64,000 bases of DNA from Bacillota bacterium (GTDB lineage Bacteria > Bacillota > Sulfobacillia > JAJZYS01 > JAJZLH01), in NCBI GenBank assembly GCA_021850485.1, contig JAJZLY010000007.1, positions 26,973 through 90,972 of the forward strand. Direction: 5' to 3'. Below the pieces are notes generated by a model. It saw only the letters and a list, made by a program, of their open reading frames with translations. It was not told where the DNA came from and searched no databases. Position numbers and translations under genes: made by a program. Below are positions 57,911 through 64,000 of the stretch, piece by piece; position 1 is the first letter of the stretch, and every line of letters begins with the position of its first letter.

Positions 57911-59662
57911 TCAGGACACCCCCTTCGCAGTCGCCAGTTGCCGGCCGGACAAAATGGCGGTCAGGATTTCAGACGGCAAGAACAGTGTGCCATCGTAGCG
58001 GCGCAAATGGGCGGTGTGCGGGTGGTGCAGACCGCTCATCTCGGCCAGCTGAGCGAGCTGCCCTTGGCCGTTTTGCTCGACGAACAAGACGGCCGCCGCC
58101 CGACCCGCCGCAGCCAGAACCTCGGCGGCCGGGAACGGCCACAGTCGGCGAATTTGCAACCTGGCCACCGCCGCTGACTCCTGGGCCAGGGCGACCGCCT
58201 CGTCGACCGGACCAACGGTTGAACCGAAGGTGATCACCAGCACGTCCGACCGCTCTGGCCCCAGATATTCGGTGCCTGGCTCCGACTGGCTCAGGGTGGA
58301 CAGCTTTTGCTCCCGCTTGTCCATCTCCAGCCGACGGTTTTTGGGGTCCTCCGAAACCTTGCCAGATGGCAGGTGCTCCACCCCGGTGGCCAGGTACTGG
58401 CCTTTGGCCTGCCCGGGCAGACTTCTCGGCGACACCCCAGACGCGGTCACCTGGTAGCGGCTGTAGGCATCGGTCAGCGCCAACAGTTCGGCTTGGCTGA
58501 TCAAGGAGCCGCGGCTGATCGAGACGTCCGCATACGGCAAATCGTCGACCGTCTGCAGCCACTCGCCCAGGGACAGGTCAGAGGCCACGATCACCGGCAG
58601 ATGGTAGGCTTCGGCGAGATTGAAGGCATGGCCGATATCCCGGTAGGCCTGCTCCGGCGTGCCCGGTGCCAACACCACGCGGGCGGCCCCGCCGTGGCCG
58701 CCGAAGATGGCCGCCATGATGTCCGACTGCTCGTTTTTGGTCGGCATGCCGGTGGATGGACCAGCCCGCTGGCAGTCGACGATCACGGCCGGCACTTCAG
58801 CTGATGCCGCCAGGCCCATTCCCTCTTGCATCAGGGAAAATCCAGGGCCGGAGGTGGCGGTCATGGCCCGCACCCCAGCGTAGCCGGCGCCAATCACCAA
58901 GGTGATGGCGGCGATCTCGTCCTCCATCTGGCAGACCACGCCGCCCAAAGGCGGCAATAGCGTGACCAGCTGCTCCATGATGTCCGTGGCCGGCGTGATC
59001 GGGTAGGCCGCCATGATCCGACACCCGGCCCGCACCGCCCCCAGGGCCACCGCCTGATTGCCGGTCAGGAGCAACCGGTGGGCCGGCGCCACCTCAGGCA
59101 GACGCACGGCCAGACCGTCTGGCATCTGAGCCAAGGCTGCGGCGTGCCCTTCGCCCAGGGCGCGCACGTTTTGGCTCACCATCTCTGCACCCTTGCGCTC
59201 AAACTTCTCGCTGACATAGGCAGAAAAGGCCTCCATCGGCAGGTGCAAGAGGGCGGCCGACGCCCCCACCGCCACCATGTTCCGGGTCAAGGGATTGCCG
59301 ATCTGGCGGGCGATCTGGGCCATGGGAATGCCAATCAGGGTCAGCTCCGAGCCCGCCGGCAAGCTGGGCGAGAAGGCCAGATCGGCCACCACCGCACCGC
59401 CGGGGCTCAGCTCTTGGACATTTTTGTCAATCGTCTCTTGAGTCAGCGCCACCAACACCTGAGTGGTTGCACTGGCAGCCCGCACCGGATGGTCGGCGAT
59501 CCGCACCTTGTAGTGCGTGTGTCCACCCTTGATCCGGGAGGAAAACGACTTGTAGCCGTAGATGTGATAGCCCAGACGGTTGGCGACGGTGGCCACCACG
59601 TCGCCGGTGGAGTCGATGCCCTCCCCCTGGTCGCCGCCGATCTTCCAGCCTACCTCGCCCAC
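57911..59662 (-). CDS. 2-oxoacid:ferredoxin oxidoreductase alpha (gamma-alpha fused) subunit
   Basis: GGDQGEG, SRIKGGH, AYPITPAT, QMEDEIAA, TATSGPG, QRAGPSTGMPT. GTG at 59662 after GAGGAGG. Confidence 0.95.
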   Translation of the reverse strand: MGEVGWKIGGDQGEGIDSTGDVVATVANRLGYHIYGYKSFSSRIKGGHTHYKVRIADHPVRAASATTQVLVALTQETIDKNVQELSPGGAVVADLAFSPSLPAGSELTLIGIPMAQIARQIGNPLTRNMVAVGASAALLHLPMEAFSAYVSEKFERKGAEMVSQNVRALGEGHAAALAQMPDGLAVRLPEVAPAHRLLLTGNQAVALGAVRAGCRIMAAYPITPATDIMEQLVTLLPPLGGVVCQMEDEIAAITLVIGAGYAGVRAMTATSGPGFSLMQEGMGLAASAEVPAVIVDCQRAGPSTGMPTKNEQSDIMAAIFGGHGGAARVVLAPGTPEQAYRDIGHAFNLAEAYHLPVIVASDLSLGEWLQTVDDLPYADVSISRGSLISQAELLALTDAYSRYQVTASGVSPRSLPGQAKGQYLATGVEHLPSGKVSEDPKNRRLEMDKREQKLSTLSQSEPGTEYLGPERSDVLVITFGSTVGPVDEAVALAQESAAVARLQIRRLWPFPAAEVLAAAGRAAAVLFVEQNGQGQLAQLAEMSGLHHPHTAHLRRYDGTLFLPSEILTAILSGRQLATAKGVS

Positions 59663-59733
59663 CTCTGGGCCTCCTCGCATCGAAATCTGACTCCAATCTA
59701 CACTCTCGGTGCCTATAATGAAAATGCGAACAT

Positions 59734-59750
59734 GGTATCGATCTCATACC
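59734..59750. promoter_or_regulatory. LysR T-N11-A operator in the divergent promoter
   Basis: Perfect GGTAT-N7-ATACC, with TATAAT at 59714-59719 on the + strand. Confidence 0.65.
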
Positions 59751-59771
59751 GCTGGGGAATGAGGTGCGGGC

Positions 59772-60755
59772 TTGCTGGATCAACTCCTGGCTTTTTGCCG
59801 GGTGGTGGAGGAAGAGAGCTTCACCAGGGCGGCCCGGGTCTTACATCGCAGCCAACCGGCGGTCACCAAGCAGGTGGCCCGCCTGGAACAAGACCTGGGC
59901 ATGCTGTTGCTGGACCGCAAGGGGCGCCAGGTGTCGCCAACGGCCTCTGGCCGGCTGGTCTACACCTACGCCAAGCGGGTTTCCACCACCATCTCCGATC
60001 TCGAGGTGCTGGTCCGGGACATGCACACCCCCGGCCACGGTCACGTGTGGGTGGGATCGGTCACCGCGCTCAGTGTCTACACCCTGCCGCCGCTTTTGGC
60101 CGCCTTCACCACCCGCTGGCCAAAGGTGCGCTTGCATGTCCGCACCGGTCAGATCCAAGAGACGGTGGAACGGGTGCTCACCAACGATGTGGACGTCGGC
60201 TTCGTGACGGTGCCCGTCAGTCACAGCGGTCTGATCGCCACGCCGTTGTTTCGCGACCCGGTGGTGCTGGTGGCGTCACCCGCCCTGGCTCGGGATTTGC
60301 CGCGGCCGCTTCCGCTGTCCGACTTGGGCCATCTGCCGCAGGTCGGCTATCAGGCCCCGTCGCGCTTTCGCTCTTTCGTGGACGCAGCATTGGAGCAAGC
60401 TGGCGTCTCGCCAGAAGTCAGCTTGGAGTTCGACAGCCAAGAGGCCGTGGTGACGATGGTGGGACTGGGCTTTGGCGCCGCCTTCGTCCCGCTATCCACG
60501 GTCAAGGCGGCCTTGGCCAGCGGCGCCTTGGTCGCCCTGCCGGTGGAGGGGCTGGCCGATTTGGCCCGCACCACGTGCCTGATCACACCGCGCGACACCC
60601 CGCGGCCACCGGCGACGCGGGCCTTTTTGGCCATGGCCCTAGATCATCTGTTTTCTCCCGATGACGACGGCACCTGGACCGTCGGTGCCCACTGCCCGCT
60701 GCCGCCGTCGTGGCCGCAAGCGGGAGAACGGACGGGGCGAGCGAACACTCGCTAG
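59772..60755 (+). CDS. LysR-family regulator divergent from the OFOR/citrate synthase operon
   Basis: SFTRAARVLHRSQPAVTKQVARLEQDLG..LLDR. Confidence 0.92.
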   Translation: MLDQLLAFCRVVEEESFTRAARVLHRSQPAVTKQVARLEQDLGMLLLDRKGRQVSPTASGRLVYTYAKRVSTTISDLEVLVRDMHTPGHGHVWVGSVTALSVYTLPPLLAAFTTRWPKVRLHVRTGQIQETVERVLTNDVDVGFVTVPVSHSGLIATPLFRDPVVLVASPALARDLPRPLPLSDLGHLPQVGYQAPSRFRSFVDAALEQAGVSPEVSLEFDSQEAVVTMVGLGFGAAFVPLSTVKAALASGALVALPVEGLADLARTTCLITPRDTPRPPATRAFLAMALDHLFSPDDDGTWTVGAHCPLPPSWPQAGERTGRANTR

Positions 60756-60782
60756 AGTGACCAACCAGGAAGGAGCTCCCAC

Positions 60783-61625
60783 ATGCCGATGACCGTCCGC
60801 CGCTTCGTGCGCGGCCCCAAACCGCTGTGCGTGGTCACCGCCTATGACTACCCGTCCGCCCGTCTGGCCGATCAGGCCGCTGTGGACGCCATCTTGGTCG
60901 GAGACTCGGTCGGCCAGGTGGTCCAGGGCTACCCGGACACCCTCAGCGTCACCTTGGACGAAATGATCTACCACACCAAGATGGTGGCGAGGGCGGCCCA
61001 AGATGCCCTGGTGATCGGCGACATGCCGTTTATGAGCTATCAGGACTCCACCGAGCACGCCTTGGTTTCAGCCGGGCGCCTGATGAAAGAGGCGCGCTGT
61101 GCAGCCGTCAAGTTAGAAGGCGGCAGCCGGATGGCGGAGACGGTGCTGAAGATGGTGGAGTGCGGCATTCCAGTCATGGGGCACATCGGCTACACGCCGC
61201 AGTCTGTGCACACCTTGGGCAGCGGCCGGGCCCAAGGACGCGATCTGGAGGCGGCCCGCCGCGTGCTCACTGACGCCCTCGACCTGGAAGCGGCAGGCGC
61301 CTTCGCCGTGGTGCTGGAGGTGATGCCGCATCGCCTGGCGTCACTGATCACGGCCCAACTGCACGTTCCCACCATCGGCATCGGCGCCGGCCCCGGCTGC
61401 TCCGGCCAGGTGCTGGTCTGGCACGATCTGCTGGCCATGCCGGACCTCGGCTTGCGACACAGTCACGCCTTCGCTCAAGTGGGCGAGGCGGCGCTGGCTG
61501 GACTGAGGGCCTATCGTCAGGCGGTCACCGACGGCTCCTTTCCCACCATCGCCCATTCGGTCGAGATGGCGGACGAGATTGCCGTCCAACTGGAACAAGA
61601 GATCCCGGGGTCGCCCCAGGCTTAG
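60783..61625 (+). CDS. panB: 3-methyl-2-oxobutanoate hydroxymethyltransferase
   Basis: TAYD, ILVGDS, GDMPFMSY, AVKLEGG, GHIGYTPQ, TIGIGAG..CSGQVLV.HD. Confidence 0.96.
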   Translation: MPMTVRRFVRGPKPLCVVTAYDYPSARLADQAAVDAILVGDSVGQVVQGYPDTLSVTLDEMIYHTKMVARAAQDALVIGDMPFMSYQDSTEHALVSAGRLMKEARCAAVKLEGGSRMAETVLKMVECGIPVMGHIGYTPQSVHTLGSGRAQGRDLEAARRVLTDALDLEAAGAFAVVLEVMPHRLASLITAQLHVPTIGIGAGPGCSGQVLVWHDLLAMPDLGLRHSHAFAQVGEAALAGLRAYRQAVTDGSFPTIAHSVEMADEIAVQLEQEIPGSPQA

Positions 61626-62917
61626 ATCTGGCTTTCGGCCACCTGGGCGAACACCTGGCGACTGGCGGCCACTGTCCGCTCGATCAGGGCCGGGTCGTGG
61701 GCCAGGGAGATAAACACCGCTTCGAACTGAGACGGCGCCATGAACACGCCTTGATCGAGCATGCCGTGGAAGTAACGGGCATAGGACGGGCGAGAGCAGG
61801 CCTGCGCCTGGGAGAAATCCCGCACCGGACCGGGGCTGAAAAACGGTGTGAAGATGGTCCACGCCCGGTTCACGGCCAGCGGCACTCCATTCACCCGAGC
61901 GGCTTCGGCCAGGCCGTCTGCCAGCATGCTGGCCATCTCCTCCAGCCGCCCATAGGTGCCCGGCTGCACCAGCTGATCGAGTGCTGCGATCCCAGCCGCC
62001 ATGGCCAGGGGGTTCCCGGACAAGGTCCCGGCCTGATAGACCTTCCCCGCCGGCGCTACCATCTCCATCAGGTCGCGCCGGCCGCCGTAGGCTCCAACCG
62101 GCAGACCGCCACCGATCACCTTGCCCAGGCAGGTCAGATCCGGCGTGACATCGCATCGCGCCTGGGCCCCGCCGTAGGCGACCCGAAACCCCGTGATCAC
62201 TTCGTCGAAGATGAGCAGGGCTCCGTGCTCGGTGGTGAGCTGGCGCAGGGCGGCCAGGAAACCGTCGGCAGCCGGGACCACGCCCATGTTCCCAGCCACG
62301 GGCTCGACGATCACTGCCGCCACCTCGGGGCCGCGTTGGGCGAACAGAGCCTGGACTCCAGCCAGGTCGTTGTAAGCGACGGCCACGGTGTCCGCAACCG
62401 CCGCCTCGGTCACCCCAGGGCTAGACGGGATGCCGAGAGTGGCCATACCGGAGCCTGCCGACACCATCAAGGCATCCACGTGACCGTGATAGCAGCCGAT
62501 GAACTTGACGATCAGGCTGCGGCCGGTGGCAGCCCGAGCCAGGCGGATGGCGCTCATCGTCGCTTCGGTGCCAGAATTCACCATCCTGATCCGCTCCACG
62601 GACGGCATGGCGGCCTGGATGCGCGCTGCCAGTTCCACCTCCAGCCGCGATGGGGTGCCGAAACTGGTGCCATTGGCGGCCGCCTCGGTGATCGCTGCCA
62701 CCACCGCCGGATGGGCATGGCCCAAGATCAGCGGTCCCCACGAGGAGACATAATCAACCAGGCGTTCGCCGTCTTCGGTATACAGGTACGGACCGGCCGC
62801 CCGGGCGGTGAAGAAGGGCTCACCCCCGACCGCACCAAAGGCGCGCACTGGACTGTTCACCCCGCCCGGCATCAGCTCGATTGCCCGCGTGTACAACTGA
62901 TGCGAGCGGTCACCCAT
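61622..62917 (-). CDS. hemL: Glutamate-1-semialdehyde 2,1-aminomutase
   Basis: PGGVNSPVRA, NSGTEATM, YHGH, EPVAGNMG, DEVITGFR, GKVIGGGLP, QAGTLSGNP. Confidence 0.97.
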   Translation of the reverse strand: MGDRSHQLYTRAIELMPGGVNSPVRAFGAVGGEPFFTARAAGPYLYTEDGERLVDYVSSWGPLILGHAHPAVVAAITEAAANGTSFGTPSRLEVELAARIQAAMPSVERIRMVNSGTEATMSAIRLARAATGRSLIVKFIGCYHGHVDALMVSAGSGMATLGIPSSPGVTEAAVADTVAVAYNDLAGVQALFAQRGPEVAAVIVEPVAGNMGVVPAADGFLAALRQLTTEHGALLIFDEVITGFRVAYGGAQARCDVTPDLTCLGKVIGGGLPVGAYGGRRDLMEMVAPAGKVYQAGTLSGNPLAMAAGIAALDQLVQPGTYGRLEEMASMLADGLAEAARVNGVPLAVNRAWTIFTPFFSPGPVRDFSQAQACSRPSYARYFHGMLDQGVFMAPSQFEAVFISLAHDPALIERTVAASRQVFAQVAESQI

Positions 62918-62928
62918 CGGATTGCCTC

Positions 62929-63960
62929 CTAGCGTCCGGCCTGAAACCGGAAGTTGATCATGTCACCGTCTTGAACCGGATACTCCTTGCCCTCCAGCCG
63001 CCAATGCCCCTTTTCCTTCGCCACGCTCATGGAGAGCCCATCTTCCACGAAGCGGTCATAAGCCACCACCTCGGCCCGGATGAAGCCGCGGGCGATATCG
63101 GAGTGGATCTTGCCCGCCGCCTCCTTGGCGCCAAGCCCGGCCTCGATCGTCCAGGCCCGCACTTCGTCTTCGCCCGCCGTCAAGAACGAAGCCAGTCCCA
63201 GGTGCTGATAGACAGTCCGGCTGAGCCGGCTGATGCCATCTTCCTCGAAACCGAGGGTTTCCAAGAAGGCCTGGCGCTCGGCGGGTGCCAGTTGAGCGAT
63301 CTCCTGTTCGATCAGGGCAGATGTGACCAGCACCGGTTCAGGCAGCCCACGGGCCAAGGTGGCCCCTTGATCTAGATCTTCTTCGGCCAAATTCAAGACG
63401 TAGATCACTGGTTTCAAGGTGAGCAGGCCGATGCTGCGCAGGGCCGCCAGTTGATCTTTGGCCAGACCCACGGAGCGCACGGTCCGGCCCTCGGACAGGG
63501 CAAGGTGGCAGCGTTCCAGCGCCCCCCGCTCGATCTCATCGGCAGCGGTCCTCTTTTGCTTGGCGAGGCGGTCCAGGCGCTTTTCGACAATCTCCAGATC
63601 CGCCATCGCCAGCTCCAGCAATATGGTCTCAGCGGCTTCTTGCGGTGGTGGACCGCCGGCTTGGGCAAAGCCAGCCAGGACCGGAATCAGGGCGTCCACC
63701 TGGCGGATCTCGGCCAGAAAGCGGCGACTTTCGTCTCCGCCCTCTCCGGGGCGCAGGGCCGGTGTGTCGACCAGTCCAATCTGAGCCGGCGTCACCCGCT
63801 TCGGGTGGAAGGCGTCGGTTAGGACGACAAGGCGCGCATCGGCGACGGCCATCACGCCCTTCTCGGCGGCCGCATGGCTCGCCAGTGGGCGGCCGGTGAG
63901 CAACGAAAAGAAGGTACTCTTGCCGACGCGCGGGTAGCCGATCAAAGCAGCCTCTAGCAG
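62929..63960 (-). CDS. YchF/OLA1-family ATPase (DUF933/TGS C-terminus), divergent short form
   Basis: GYPRVGKST, DTPAL, LLTLKP, FLTAGEDEVRAWT, AGKIHSDIARGFIRAEV, RLEGKEY.VQDGD. Probable CTG start at 63960 after AGGAGG. Confidence 0.88.
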   Translation of the reverse strand: MLEAALIGYPRVGKSTFFSLLTGRPLASHAAAEKGVMAVADARLVVLTDAFHPKRVTPAQIGLVDTPALRPGEGGDESRRFLAEIRQVDALIPVLAGFAQAGGPPPQEAAETILLELAMADLEIVEKRLDRLAKQKRTAADEIERGALERCHLALSEGRTVRSVGLAKDQLAALRSIGLLTLKPVIYVLNLAEEDLDQGATLARGLPEPVLVTSALIEQEIAQLAPAERQAFLETLGFEEDGISRLSRTVYQHLGLASFLTAGEDEVRAWTIEAGLGAKEAAGKIHSDIARGFIRAEVVAYDRFVEDGLSMSVAKEKGHWRLEGKEYPVQDGDMINFRFQAGR

Positions 63961-64000
63961 AGTATTCGCCTCCTGGAGCGGGTGGGGACTTGCGTCTTGG

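Overview
High-GC bacterial chromosome segment with Bacillota-type gene content (menFDHBE-menA, glnR-glnA, rph-rdgB-tRNA cluster, gap-pgk-tpi-gpmI-eno-secG-smpB-ssrA, phoP-phoR-pstB-phoU, YknXYZ/MacAB-like ABC exporter, OFOR-citrate synthase-E3, panB, hemL, ychF-like). A Sulfobacillus/Thermaerobacter-like lineage is plausible, but that is only inference. Most genes are on the minus strand. There are three tRNAs (Arg-TCT, Gly-TCC, Pro-TGG) and tmRNA. I found no integrase, transposase or CRISPR array. The best candidate for an undescribed system is the operon at 1-10539: a SenB/GLT1D1-like GT4 glycosyltransferase, a metal-dependent deacetylase and a tandem degenerate flavin-reductase protein lead into a complete non-CODH molybdenum hydroxylase cluster (coxG-M-S-D-E-xdhC-L). 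Other notable items are a 1676-bp PadR/membrane-protein cassette bounded by an exact 29-bp palindromic direct repeat, a Bacillus-type GlnR paired with a GSI-beta glutamine synthetase, single cargo genes between the tRNAs, an orphan BCKDH-type E3 in an OFOR/citrate synthase operon, and two probable CTG start codons. All family calls come from motif recognition by eye, not from database searches.
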